Positions 1 through 10,179 of a DNA stretch of 64,000 nucleotides are shown here, one piece after another. The stretch is taken from assembly GCA_963841015.1 (NCBI GenBank), contig CAWJAX010000005.1, positions 64,001 to 128,000 on the forward strand, written 5' to 3'. This DNA comes from an uncultured Methanoregulaceae archaeon. Its GTDB lineage: Archaea > Halobacteriota > Methanomicrobia > Methanomicrobiales > Methanospirillaceae. The translations under genes and the position numbers were made by a program. The notes below the pieces were generated by a model. It was not told the DNA's origin. It saw only the letters and a list, made by a program, of their open reading frames with translations, and did no database searches. Within the stretch, counting starts at the first letter, position 1; each line of letters begins with the position of its first letter.

Positions 1-146
1 ACTCCGAACCGGGTCAAAACCGGAATTAGTAGTATAAAGTGCAATACCCAAAGTTATTAAACTTACCATTGGTAACTTAATATTACCAAGAGTATCACCT
101 GCTTTGATCGGGGGATTACCTGACGCGCAAACCGGATGTCACCTTC

Positions 147-725
147 ATGCCACGCATTATTCACGAATACAGGGAGGAAGTCAGAAAAAAGATTGTCGAA
201 GCAGCGTACAGTCTTTTTCTCCACAAAGGGTATCACGGTACAACCATGAGTGCTATCGCCGAAGTTCTCGGTGTCACAAAAACGGCACTGTATCAGTATT
301 TTCCCGGAAAGGAGGACCTGTACGCGGCCGTTGCCGAACATGGTCGTGAGGAACTGGCCGCAATCCTGGAACGATCCTTCAAAAAAAGGGATTTGCGAAG
401 CGGTAGTGAGGTTCTTTTTGATACCCTTGCCCGGTACACCCCCCAGTTCAGCGGCATTTATTCAGAGATGATGATGCTTGCTATGCATAACGAACGGATC
501 CGGAACCTGCTCCATGAAGACCGGATTGAGGATATCCGTGTTGTTGAGCGATTTATAACAAGGCAGCAGGAAACCGGACTGGTATCCGGCCAGCTCAATC
601 CCCGCGTACTTGCGATCGCATGCGATGCACTCATGAACGGCCTTCTCATTGATATTATGTCAGGAATGGATAAAGAAGAGGCAAAAAAGATCTGGATTGC
701 AGCCGTCACCCAGCTGACGGAATAA
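147..725 (+). CDS. TetR/AcrR family transcriptional regulator
   Basis: N-terminal TetR HTH (IVEAAYSLFLHKGYHGTTMSAIAEVLGVTKTALYQYFPGKEDL), 192 aa. Confidence 0.92.
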   Translation: MPRIIHEYREEVRKKIVEAAYSLFLHKGYHGTTMSAIAEVLGVTKTALYQYFPGKEDLYAAVAEHGREELAAILERSFKKRDLRSGSEVLFDTLARYTPQFSGIYSEMMMLAMHNERIRNLLHEDRIEDIRVVERFITRQQETGLVSGQLNPRVLAIACDALMNGLLIDIMSGMDKEEAKKIWIAAVTQLTE

Positions 726-786
726 AACGATAAACGGCTTCAATTCCAGCTTGTCTTAAAATTAGGGGCTGTACTAGATTCGAGTT

Positions 787-862
787 TTATATATCCCCTC
801 ACAGCCTCAATGTTTCGAGTTGTTGCATGGGTGTTCCGTAATTAAGCATGAATCTCACACTT
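787..862 (-). pseudogene. IS1016-like transposase C-terminal remnant
   Basis: Translates as CE/FMLNYGTPMQQLETLRL*GDI* (frameshift plus in-frame stop), resembling the recalled IS1016 C-terminus ECEFRFNxGTPxQQLxxLRxWCGI. Confidence 0.7.
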
Positions 863-933
863 CGACGAGCCACTGAGTGTAGCTCAGCCGCCCCAGCCGT
901 TGACAATCCGCCAAATATCCCCTCTGCCTCACA

Positions 934-1680
934 TCACCGCGCCATCAGCGCGAATACGCCCCATCCAAGGTATTCACGCGTGTACGCGGCGTAGCGTTTT
1001 GGTTCCAAAGTCAGTTTGGCTCTAATATCTTTCGCGAGGTCGTCGTCGGGGTTCGCTTCAAGCCATCGGCGCATGGTGAGCCACTTGGCCGCTTCGTACC
1101 TATCCCAGCCTTCCTGGTCAGCCAGAACCATCTCCACAACATCGTAATCGAGGTCGCCGAAAGACGCGAGAAGTTCTGGAAGGATGAGAAAGTCGGAGAT
1201 AGAATTGGCAGAGCATCCCCTGGCAACGTCTTCCGTCGGGGGTAACCGCAGCCAGTAGGGCTCGCCGATGAGGATGATTCCTTCGGAGCGGAGACTCTTC
1301 GCCAAAAGATCGATGGTGCCGACGACTCCTCCACCGATCCACGTAGCACCGAGACAGGCTGCCACACCGACCTTTTCGGCAGCGACGTAGCCGACAGCGT
1401 CGCCATGGATGAACTCAACTCGATCGGCCACTCCGAGTTCTTCAGCGCGGAGTTTCGCTTGCTCGGTGAACAACTGGCTCATGTCGATGCCGACACCCAT
1501 GATTCCGTAATCGCGTGCCCAGGTGCATAGCATCTCGCCCGAACCGCTGCCGAGGTCGAGCACCCGAGTCCCCGATTCCAGGCGCAACACTGCGCCGAGA
1601 GTGGCGAGCTTTTCTGGTGTGAACGGGTTATGGATGCGGTGAGCACTTTCGGTAATGGTGAACATACGTGGGATGTCCAA
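934..1680 (-). CDS. Class I SAM-dependent methyltransferase, YjhP-like
   Basis: VLDLGSGSG motif I. HRIHNPFT, VLADQEGWDRYEAAKWLTMRRWLEANPDD and GWGVFAL match the recalled E. coli YjhP family. TTG start at 1680 after an AGGAG RBS gives 248 aa. Confidence 0.88.
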   Translation of the reverse strand: MDIPRMFTITESAHRIHNPFTPEKLATLGAVLRLESGTRVLDLGSGSGEMLCTWARDYGIMGVGIDMSQLFTEQAKLRAEELGVADRVEFIHGDAVGYVAAEKVGVAACLGATWIGGGVVGTIDLLAKSLRSEGIILIGEPYWLRLPPTEDVARGCSANSISDFLILPELLASFGDLDYDVVEMVLADQEGWDRYEAAKWLTMRRWLEANPDDDLAKDIRAKLTLEPKRYAAYTREYLGWGVFALMAR

Positions 1681-1697
1681 TGCACACACTCCTTTTA

Positions 1698-1865
1698 CTA
1701 AGTTGTGTAATAACTGGAATATACCCTTAGTGATTGTAGCAGAGCTGCCGTATTGGGGTGAATATCAAGCAAATTAGCTGCTGATCTTGCGGTAACTTCC
1801 AGCACGAAATATTCAAGCAGCCTAAGTTGAGTATTTTTCTTTAATTTACAATTGTTTCGCTTCAT
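1698..1865 (-). pseudogene. IS1016-like transposase N-terminal remnant
   Basis: MKRNNCKLKKNTQLRLLEYFVLEVTARSAANLLDIHPNTAAL, then diverges and stops. Resembles the recalled IS1016 N-terminus (CKLKK...FFVLEVTARSAADILGIHPNSAAL). Confidence 0.8.
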
Positions 1866-1924
1866 TTTCATAGATTAGCATATTGGCTAATCTAGTACAG
1901 CACCGAAAATTATAAAAAAAATAA

Positions 1925-3616
1925 TTATCTGTGGGTAAAATACGCTCTTACCCCTTTAGAATCTACGACATCAACCTTTACAAACCCGATGCGCTCGAAC
2001 TGGACTACATTCCCCGGTTCATTTTTCACTGCTTGTTCGCAGGCACCCGACATTTCGCCTTCCTGCGTGAGGAGTGTACAGGTAACTGAGTTCTGCACAG
2101 GCAGCCACTGGATGATCGGAGCCTTTGCTGCACGGGCTTCCCCGAGGGATTCCCCGGCATAGGAGAACGTGGGGATGTTTCCGTTCCATGCAATCTTCAC
2201 ATTAAAGAGGTCCTTGAGCCGGACCATCGTTGCATCCTGAGTGATCTCACTTCCTGGCAGGAGAACAGTTCCTTCAAATTTCAGGGTACGGGTACCTCTT
2301 GCAGCATCGCTTGGGTGGAGCATCGCATGTGCAGTATGGGGCTGTGCGCCACCAATGTGTGCAGTTACCGGATCCGGCACAAAGAAATACCGGTTTGCCA
2401 CCGGGTCAACGATCTTCTTGTTTTCTGCATAGAGGTTATCCCACGAGAATGAGATGTCGGTGTCACCGATCCCTATTGCCAGAACGGCATTCTTTACCGC
2501 ATCAGGATTGATCCCCCTCCGTGCAAGAGCACGGAGCGTTCCGAGCCGGATATCATCCCATCCGGTAAAGGTCCCATCGTTGATACCCAGGCGCATCTGT
2601 GAAGTAGAAAGAACAACACCTTCGATCCCCATCCTGCCATAGTGCCGGTAGACCGGCACCTCCCAGCCAAAATGGTCGTAGATATAGCGTTGCCGCCGGG
2701 TGTTTGCAATGTGGTCCTTGCCCCGGATCACATGGGTAACCCCCAGCAGGTGATCATCTGCAACGACCGAGAAGTTCATGAGGGGGTAGACATGCGCTGT
2801 TACCTTGGGATGAGGGGGAGAATCGAGAATTCGGAAGGCGGGGAAGTCCCGCATGGCCGGATCGGGATTGTTGAGATCGGTTTTTATCCGGACGGTCACC
2901 TCCCCTTCCCTGAACGTGTGATCGAGCATCTTCTCCCAGAGCTCGAGGTTTTGCTCCACTGGCTGGTCCCTGCACGGGCATGCAGTCTTTGCCTGCTTGA
3001 GTTCCTTAAAGTGCTCGTTGTTGCAGGTGCAGACATAGGCCCCCCCCCGCCCAATCAATTGTTTGCAAAGATCGTAGTAGAGCGGCAGACGATCACTCTG
3101 CGTGACGGTCTCGGTGATGCCAAGACCGAGCCATGCAATATCTTCGATGACCATTGCATACGCATCGGGATCAACACGTTTCGGGTCGGTGTCCTCTATG
3201 CGAAGGATATACCTTCCACCGTATTGTTTCACGTAGGCATCGTTCAGCACCGCAGCACGGGCATGCCCGAGATGAAGAGGCCCCGAAGGATTCGGCGCAA
3301 ACCGCATTACCACGCCCTGTTCTGCACCTTCCAGATCCGGGAGCCCCTTCCGGTGCTCATGTTTTACAAAAAGGGCATCGTACATGTCAGGGGCAAGGTC
3401 CTGTAGTTTTCTTACCCGATCTTCCGCAGAGAGTGCAGCAACATCGGCAATGGCTTCTTTTGCCAGAACTGCAACTTCTTTTGCCCGTGGGCGAAATTCG
3501 GGGTGGGCACCCATCACCATACCGACCACGGCACCGGCCTGCGGTACACCTCCGTGCTTCACCGCATTCTGGAGTGCACAGAGGAAAAGGAGTTCTTTTG
3601 GGTCATCCCCCGCCAT
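1925..3616 (-). CDS. gltX: Glutamate--tRNA ligase (archaeal type)
   Basis: MRFAPNPSGPLHLGHAR (HIGH motif), RIEDTDP, LSTS motif. Confidence 0.97.
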   Translation of the reverse strand: MAGDDPKELLFLCALQNAVKHGGVPQAGAVVGMVMGAHPEFRPRAKEVAVLAKEAIADVAALSAEDRVRKLQDLAPDMYDALFVKHEHRKGLPDLEGAEQGVVMRFAPNPSGPLHLGHARAAVLNDAYVKQYGGRYILRIEDTDPKRVDPDAYAMVIEDIAWLGLGITETVTQSDRLPLYYDLCKQLIGRGGAYVCTCNNEHFKELKQAKTACPCRDQPVEQNLELWEKMLDHTFREGEVTVRIKTDLNNPDPAMRDFPAFRILDSPPHPKVTAHVYPLMNFSVVADDHLLGVTHVIRGKDHIANTRRQRYIYDHFGWEVPVYRHYGRMGIEGVVLSTSQMRLGINDGTFTGWDDIRLGTLRALARRGINPDAVKNAVLAIGIGDTDISFSWDNLYAENKKIVDPVANRYFFVPDPVTAHIGGAQPHTAHAMLHPSDAARGTRTLKFEGTVLLPGSEITQDATMVRLKDLFNVKIAWNGNIPTFSYAGESLGEARAAKAPIIQWLPVQNSVTCTLLTQEGEMSGACEQAVKNEPGNVVQFERIGFVKVDVVDSKGVRAYFTHR

Positions 3617-3617
3617 C

Positions 3618-4583
3618 CTAATAGCTCCGGGTCACAAAAAATTCGCCAATTTCCATCAGGAGTTCCCGCTCCTTTGAGGGGGGAAGCAGGGAAAGATGCT
3701 TGTTACTGGAAAAAACCAGGTCGTGTGCAACATTTTTCACATCGGCAAGGACACCTTTGTCGTTCAGCTCTTTGATCACCGCATCTATCTCAGCATCAGT
3801 GAGCTCACGTTTGTAGGGTAACAAGTCGATCCCTTTCTCGCGTGCCTTGATCATAATCAGCGTCTGTTTTCCTTCCCGCAGATCAGAAGCCCGGTTCTTT
3901 CCGCTCTTTTCAGCCGGGGTTAACAGATCAATAAGATCGTCCTGTATCTGGAACGCAATCCCGGTATTCAGCCCGAAAAGGTAGAGTGCTTTTGCCTGGT
4001 GTGCGGTGCTCCCTGCAAGAATTGCACCAATTCCCGCAGCTGCAGCATACAGAACCCCGGTTTTTTTCTTCACCATTTCGAGATATTCATACTCGTCTAC
4101 ATCATTCCGGTGCGCAAAGGACATGTCCATATGCTGTCCTTCGCAGATATCGGCACAGGCACGGGCAAGCATCGACACTGCACGAACCTTTGCATTATCC
4201 TGAGCCTTTGCCAGACAGATGAACTCAAACGCCCGGGCATACAGAACGTCACCGGCAAGGATCCCGGTGGGCATATCCCATTTCGTATGGACGGTCTGGA
4301 CTCCGCGCCGGAGATTATCTTCATCCATGATATCATCATGGATAAGCGTAAACGTGTGCGTGAGCTCCAGCGCAAGCGCTGCCTGGATAATATCACCGGA
4401 ACTTCCCTTTTTTACCGCATCTGCAGCGAGCATGACGACCGCCGGGCGAAGGCGTTTCCCCCCGGCAGCGAGAAGGTGAGCACTCGCTTTGTTCAGTTCA
4501 CCAACCTTGTCGATAAAATACCGGTCGATCATGAGGTCAATTTCCTGAGCGACCGATTCCAGATACGGTAAAAGTTCTGACAT
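3618..4583 (-). CDS. idsA: Geranylgeranyl diphosphate synthase (polyprenyl synthetase)
   Basis: GGKRLRP, LIHDDIMD and FQIQDDLID aspartate-rich motifs. Confidence 0.93.
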   Translation of the reverse strand: MSELLPYLESVAQEIDLMIDRYFIDKVGELNKASAHLLAAGGKRLRPAVVMLAADAVKKGSSGDIIQAALALELTHTFTLIHDDIMDEDNLRRGVQTVHTKWDMPTGILAGDVLYARAFEFICLAKAQDNAKVRAVSMLARACADICEGQHMDMSFAHRNDVDEYEYLEMVKKKTGVLYAAAAGIGAILAGSTAHQAKALYLFGLNTGIAFQIQDDLIDLLTPAEKSGKNRASDLREGKQTLIMIKAREKGIDLLPYKRELTDAEIDAVIKELNDKGVLADVKNVAHDLVFSSNKHLSLLPPSKERELLMEIGEFFVTRSY

Positions 4584-4598
4584 TCTGTGTTCCTCGTT

Positions 4599-5937
4599 CT
4601 AGGTGAGTCTGAGCCTCTGGCCGTTTTTCATCATATGGACGGTGGAATGGGCAGTGTAGCCAAGTTCAGATGCAAAGTCTGTGTAACCTGCTGTCATCTT
4701 CAGGTGACCGTGTGCCGGGATGATATGCTGGGGATTGAGCAGGTGAATAAACTCATAATGGTCCTCGCGGTAGGCATGACCACTTACGTGAAGATCCTCA
4801 AAGATACGGGCTCCGGCCATTTTTAAGTGCTGTTCGATCTTGTAGCGCTGTCCGAAATTCATCGGGTTGGGGATCACATTTGCCGAGAAGAGAACCTTGT
4901 CGCCCTTGGTCAACTGGTAGGGTGTATCACCGAGTGCAAGACGGGTGAGGATAGAGCCGGGTTCCCCCTGGTGTCCGGTAATAATGGGCACAAACTTATC
5001 TTTCCCCGCCTTCATCATCCGGCGCATCGTCCGATCGACTGTCCGGCGGTTCCCGAACACACTGGTAGTTTCTGGGAACGAGACGAGTTTCATCTGTTCA
5101 GCAGTTACCGAGTATTTCTCCATGGAGCGTCCAAGCAGCACCGGTTTTCTCCCTATTTCATGGGCACATTCTGCTATCGTCTTGACACGGGCAATATGCG
5201 ATGAGAATGTGGAAACAAGAATTGCATTCTTGTCGTCCTCGAAACTGGTGATGGTGTCCCGAACGAGATCCTTGGCGATCCGCTCACTGGGACACCTTCC
5301 CGGGCGATCGATATAGGTACTTTCCACGATAAGGGCTATTACACCTTCTTTGCCGATCTGCCTGAGCCGGGCAAAATCCGGGGGTTGCCCTATCACCGGT
5401 GTCCGGTCAAGTTTAAAGTCACATGCGTAGACAATCGCACCCTGCGGGGTATGAAGTACCGGAGTTACTGTATCAATGATCGAATGCTGTGTGTGAACAA
5501 ACTCCAGAACGAGGTTCTGGGAAAGGGTATACCGCTGACCTGCCTTAAGCGCGAAGAGTCTTGTTGTTCACCCCGAATTTCTGTTCACCGGATATCTGTT
5601 GACGGATCAATTCCGTTGCATAGGGGGTTGCGATGATCGGTGCATTATACCGGTGCGCCAGTTTCGGGATTGCCCCGATATGGTCAAGGTGCCCGTGTGA
5701 GCAGACAATCGCCTTTACGGTTCCCTCGACCGAATTCATCATTGTATCATCGGGTATCGCCTTAATCTTGATCAGATCAAGGGAGTGCATATTCTCGATC
5801 TCCGCATCTTCGTGGATCATTACCTGGTCCAGGCGGAGTCCCATATCAAATATGACAATTTCCTTTCCGCAGCGGACAGCGGTCATATTTCGCCCGACCT
5901 CGTCATACCCGCCCACTGCTATAATCTCAATATCCAT
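4599..5937 (-). CDS. rnj: RNase J family beta-CASP ribonuclease, split by a +1 indel at ~5559 (probable sequencing error)
   Basis: [10 protein letters not shown] and SHGHLDHIG in 5545..5937; HVSGHA and IPAHG in 4599..5396. Removing T5559 joins the frames ([13 protein letters not shown]). Confidence 0.9.
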
Positions 5938-5993
5938 GTTTTATCTCCTTGTTGTTCGTGTTAGTGTGTTTCTTTGAAATATGTGCCGGTTTC

Positions 5994-7088
5994 TTATGTT
6001 CGCCTGATGCGAGCCGGATTGTCCTTTTCTATCATCTGCCGGGTTCTGCCCAGAATAAACATTCTTGTCTTTTTAAGATCGGCTGGATGTGCTGAGCCGG
6101 TCAGGAACATTGCAGCGGTCAGTTGCTGGTGGATTCCCTCAATCGTACGACCCAGTGCCTCATCACTATCCATTGCAGGTTTTAAGAGAGGCAGTGCCAT
6201 TCCGCAGAGATCCGCGCCAAGTGCCAGTGCCTTGGCAATATCAAGACCTGACCTGATGCCTCCGGATGCGATTACCGGGCCACCACATGCAAGCACTTCG
6301 GCAAGACTAACTACCGTTGGGATCCCCCATTCGATAAAATCTTTTCCGAGCGTTTTTAATCGTTTGTCGTGTTCATTTCCGCTTTCGTCTGCGCGGACAC
6401 TCTCTACTGCAGCCCATGAGGTTCCACCCCAGCCACCGATATCAATGGCATTCACTCCCGCTCCCCAGCATTGTCTCGCCGTATCTGCCGAAATGCCACA
6501 GCCGGTTTCTTTAATGATGACCGGGGTACGGAAATCCCGGCAGAGTTCTCCGATGGCGGCCAGGCAGCCAAGAGCATTTTGATCTCCCTCGGGCTGGATC
6601 GCCTCCTGCAGGAAATTCAGGTGGATTGCAATTGCATCCGCCTCAACCATCTCAACAGCCCTCTCCGCCCATTCAATGCCATGGTCACGGAGCTGGACAA
6701 CACCGAGATTTGCCACCAGGAATGCATGGGGGGCCTCATCACGGACTATTGAGAAGGTGTCTGCAAGAGAAGGATTCTCGAGTGCAGCCCGTTGTGAGCC
6801 GACTCCCATCCCAATCCCGAAGCGTTCCGCAGCCCGGGCAAGACGGGCATTCACTTCTTTTGTTCCGGGGTGACCCCCGGTCATAGCCGAGATAAACAGG
6901 GGGGAAGAGAATGTGCGGTTCAGGAACCGGGCGGTAAGATCGATAGTCCCCATGTCACATTCCGGTAAGGCATTATGCACAAACCGGATATCGCCAAACC
7001 CCGTATCGCCACTCTCAACCGCTGTATCTGCACAGATCCTCAGGTGGTCAAGTTTGCGCAACGATGTGAACCTTTTTTTATCTCCCAT
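5994..7088 (-). CDS. fni: Type 2 isopentenyl-diphosphate delta-isomerase
   Basis: RKLDHL, AMTGG, GVGSQRAAL, HLNFLQE, KETGCG, GGTSW. Confidence 0.96.
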   Translation of the reverse strand: MGDKKRFTSLRKLDHLRICADTAVESGDTGFGDIRFVHNALPECDMGTIDLTARFLNRTFSSPLFISAMTGGHPGTKEVNARLARAAERFGIGMGVGSQRAALENPSLADTFSIVRDEAPHAFLVANLGVVQLRDHGIEWAERAVEMVEADAIAIHLNFLQEAIQPEGDQNALGCLAAIGELCRDFRTPVIIKETGCGISADTARQCWGAGVNAIDIGGWGGTSWAAVESVRADESGNEHDKRLKTLGKDFIEWGIPTVVSLAEVLACGGPVIASGGIRSGLDIAKALALGADLCGMALPLLKPAMDSDEALGRTIEGIHQQLTAAMFLTGSAHPADLKKTRMFILGRTRQMIEKDNPARIRRT

Positions 7089-7093
7089 ACTGG

Positions 7094-7849
7094 TTAGTCC
7101 CCTTTGATTTTTGTCCCGCCATGATCGGTTCCTGCAAGAAAGTCACCGATACGCGAGACATGGAATATATCGGACCCGATCCCTGCAGATGCAAGTCCGA
7201 GCAATTCATTCATTTTCCCTCTCATTCCACCGGTGACATCGGTATGCATCGAGTTGCCGATCTGGAGTGATGGTGCCGTTTTTCTGGTAATTTCCGGCAC
7301 CACGTGCCCTCCATCCAGCACTCCCGGTACATCGGTGGCGAGCCCCACGCGATCGATTTTGAGTGCGACCGCGAGATACCGCACGAGCTGGTCGCCCGAT
7401 ACGATGCAGGCCCCACGTGAAAGGTCCATCACCACGTCACCGTGGATCACAGGAACCATTTTGAGTGAAAGCATCTTTTCCAGATGCCGGTATTCAAAGG
7501 TAACGAGCCTGCCATTATCCGCTACCGCCGTATGAAGCGGATGAACACCGATAGCAGCTACTCCTTTTTCACGGAGAGCCTCAACAACCGCATCGTTCAA
7601 CCTGCTGACCGCACGATGGGTAACATAGATTCCTTCGGTCTCCCCTGCGGCTGCTCCCTCATCAAGCCGGTAGTGTTTTGCTTCCGGGTGCCCACATGAA
7701 CCGGCTCCGTGAATAAGAACAATGCCGCTGGTGCCGGCACGGGAAATCGCTGATGCAATGGATAACAGCTGATCGTGGTTAACAGCACAGTCGGTTTTCT
7801 TATCAGTGATTATGCTCCCGCCGAGCTTCAGGAGGAGTCGGTCAGACAT
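7094..7849 (-). CDS. ipk: Isopentenyl phosphate kinase
   Basis: LKLGGSIITDK, HGAGSCGH, DVTGGM. Mevalonate-pathway context. Confidence 0.92.
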   Translation of the reverse strand: MSDRLLLKLGGSIITDKKTDCAVNHDQLLSIASAISRAGTSGIVLIHGAGSCGHPEAKHYRLDEGAAAGETEGIYVTHRAVSRLNDAVVEALREKGVAAIGVHPLHTAVADNGRLVTFEYRHLEKMLSLKMVPVIHGDVVMDLSRGACIVSGDQLVRYLAVALKIDRVGLATDVPGVLDGGHVVPEITRKTAPSLQIGNSMHTDVTGGMRGKMNELLGLASAGIGSDIFHVSRIGDFLAGTDHGGTKIKGD

Positions 7850-8711
7850 CCTTTTCCTTCCTTGCACCTTCAGTGTCAATTCCCGTCACAATCGCACGGG
7901 CTTCACAGTCCTCAATCGCACCGGCAATCCGCATCTTCAGATGCTTTGGGCAGAGAGCAATCATGCACCCCCCTCCACCAGCACCCGTGATTTTAGCTCC
8001 AAATGCACCTTGTGCCCGGGCAGCAAGCACAATCCTGGAGAGTTGCGGGTGACCTACCCCCAGTGCTTCGAGCAGCGCGTGGTTCATGTCCATATATCGC
8101 CCCAGTTCCTTAGGGTTACTGAGATGATGGATTGCGCTCATACTCACTCCCTGAATGGCATCGAGGATCGGGTCCACGATACCGGGATGTTTCTTTTTTA
8201 AGTCTCCGACCAGTTCCACCATCTTTGCGGTGCTATGTGAGACAAGCGAATCACCGATAACAAGGTGCATATTCTGCGGAGGGAGCCTCCTGCGGGAGCC
8301 CCCCGTGATAAGGACAATCCCGCCATACATCGAAACAGTAGTATCCGTGGGGCTCGCCCTCCCCTTCTGCACTTTTTTCTCTATCTCAAATGCCATATCA
8401 GCGATATCTTCACGGGTTTTATGCAGGGAAAACTCATCGTTGATTGCCGAGAGCGTTGCAACCGTGACAGCTGCTGATGAGCCCAGACCTGATGAACTCG
8501 GTATCTGGGAGTTTATATAGACACTGCCAAGGACTCCCATTGCCTCAAAACACCCGTCTATATAGGGTGACTTTGCGCGCTGAGGGCGTTTGGTGTTTCT
8601 GACTGTAACAAACACACGGGGTTTTATCGCCATCGCTATTCCGGGCTTTCCGTATACCACCGCATGCTCACCGAACAAAAATACCTTGCCCGGTGCACTC
8701 CATGTTGCCAA
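7842..8711 (-). CDS. mvk: Mevalonate kinase
   Basis: APGKVFLFGEHAVVYG, PSSSGLGSSAA, KITGAGGGG. Confidence 0.96.
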   Translation of the reverse strand: MATWSAPGKVFLFGEHAVVYGKPGIAMAIKPRVFVTVRNTKRPQRAKSPYIDGCFEAMGVLGSVYINSQIPSSSGLGSSAAVTVATLSAINDEFSLHKTREDIADMAFEIEKKVQKGRASPTDTTVSMYGGIVLITGGSRRRLPPQNMHLVIGDSLVSHSTAKMVELVGDLKKKHPGIVDPILDAIQGVSMSAIHHLSNPKELGRYMDMNHALLEALGVGHPQLSRIVLAARAQGAFGAKITGAGGGGCMIALCPKHLKMRIAGAIEDCEARAIVTGIDTEGARKEKDV

Positions 8712-8712
8712 C

Positions 8713-9501
8713 CTACATCACCGCAATGGCTGCATACCCAACGACTTCGCGACGGTCCCCCGTCACATCGCCACTTGTCGCATACCGTATAAGCTGTGCC
8801 GTCTTCGCCCCGAGTTTTCCGCATGCTGTTACCATGGCGGCAATCGGGCCATATCCACAGGCTGATACATCCCGTTCCTCAATCCGACGGTAAAACTCCA
8901 CTACATCAAGAGAGTTTAATGGTTCAATCGCATAGAGATCATCGGATTTTGCCTTTTTTTCCTGCACATAGTGGGAGAAATCGCTCGACGCTACGATCCG
9001 GACATCACGTTTTGAGAGTTTGATCGCGGTTCCGATCTTCTCTGCAAGTCCCATCGCACTTGCATAGTCCTGCTGCCCCATCATCACCGGGGCAATCCGT
9101 GCCCGGGGGAAGCGGTACTTGATGAAAGGCATCTGCACTTCAAGCGAGTGTTCGTCGCGATGAGAGAATTCGTCCGTTTCGATATCGAGCAATTCGACAA
9201 ACTCAACATCTGTATCTACCATACCCAGGGGTGTTTCCCACGGGACCTTCGAAACACAGTTGATGTAACCACGATGAGATGGGCCAATTACAATAAAAGT
9301 GCCAGAAAAATCAGGTGAGATCGTGGAGAACGCCTGAGCGGCAACCTCCCCGGAATAAATATACCCTGCATGGGGGGACACAATGCCTAGGGAGCTGCCC
9401 GCCTTGCGGCTCACCGAGAAGAACTTCTCCAGGAGCTGCTCGAGGTGGGATGGATCCCTTGGATAAAACATGCCAGCCACTGCGCATGTACGCATCGTCA
9501 T
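8713..9501 (-). CDS. MEMO1 family protein (AmmeMemoRadiSam protein B)
   Basis: AVAGMFYP, PHAGYIYSG, EHSLEVQ, ASSDFSHY, CGYGP. Confidence 0.93.
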   Translation of the reverse strand: MTMRTCAVAGMFYPRDPSHLEQLLEKFFSVSRKAGSSLGIVSPHAGYIYSGEVAAQAFSTISPDFSGTFIVIGPSHRGYINCVSKVPWETPLGMVDTDVEFVELLDIETDEFSHRDEHSLEVQMPFIKYRFPRARIAPVMMGQQDYASAMGLAEKIGTAIKLSKRDVRIVASSDFSHYVQEKKAKSDDLYAIEPLNSLDVVEFYRRIEERDVSACGYGPIAAMVTACGKLGAKTAQLIRYATSGDVTGDRREVVGYAAIAVM

Positions 9502-9567
9502 CGGATCAACCCTCTGGTCGTTATATTATATCTAACGATCGGTCATCCAAAAAGGAGACCGGCCGGA

Positions 9568-10179
9568 TCAGAGTTCCATTTCGAAGTCTTCCGGGGTAAG
9601 TGCTGTTGAGATCCCACGAAGACGGAGCATCTCCCTGGTGAGCAGGAAATAGATCATCGACAATGCTTTCCGGCCCTTGTTGTTGGTGGGGATTACCAGG
9701 TCCACGTACTTGGTCATATTGTTGGTGTCGCACAACGCAACTACCGGAATCCCGCACTGAACTGCTTCATTTATTACCTGAGCATCACCAATCGGGTCGG
9801 TGACTACGACTACCTGGGGCTCGATGTATCCATCGAGTACCGGGTTGGTAAGCAATCCTGGGATAAACCGTCCGGTTGCCGACATTGCGCCGATTGTATC
9901 GGCTAATTTCCTGGCTGGGTACTGTCCGTACTGCCTTGAAGTGACAACGAGAATATTTGGGGCCTCGTACTGGTTTAGGAATTTCGCTGCGGTCTTGATC
10001 CGTGAGTCCGTCTCGCGGATGTCAAGGATGTAGAGTCCATCACCGCGGACGCGGTAGATGAACTTCTTCATGTCCTCGCTCTTCTGTTGTGTACCGATGT
10101 GGACACCGGCTGCAAGGTATTCCTCGACAGGGATGAGCGGTTCTTTTAATTCAATTTCCATCTCGTTTACAATGGTCAT
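9568..10179 (-). CDS. rps2: 30S ribosomal protein S2 (uS2)
   Basis: [24 protein letters not shown]. Confidence 0.97.
   Translation of the reverse strand: MTIVNEMEIELKEPLIPVEEYLAAGVHIGTQQKSEDMKKFIYRVRGDGLYILDIRETDSRIKTAAKFLNQYEAPNILVVTSRQYGQYPARKLADTIGAMSATGRFIPGLLTNPVLDGYIEPQVVVVTDPIGDAQVINEAVQCGIPVVALCDTNNMTKYVDLVIPTNNKGRKALSMIYFLLTREMLRLRGISTALTPEDFEMEL

Larger units (their letters stand above)
765..1904 (-). mobile_element. Non-autonomous IS1016-like (IS1595 family) cassette carrying a methyltransferase passenger gene
   Basis: TIRs GGGGCTGTACTAGATT (765-780) and the reverse complement of 1889-1904, GGTGCTGTACTAGATT (15/16 match). Flanks TAAAATTA (757-764) and GAAAATTA (1905-1912). Transposase-like fragments lie inside both ends. 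Confidence 0.85.

Noticed and set aside
870-900. Hairpin CTGAG-TGTAG-CTCAG after the methyltransferase as an integron attC site
   Set aside because: Too short, with no convincing paired R/L boxes. It may just be a terminator or a remnant.
2642-3406. Long antisense ORFs (also 10278..11030, 18802..19674, 47644..48561 and others)
   Set aside because: Shadow frames opposite well-supported genes, with no recognisable motifs.
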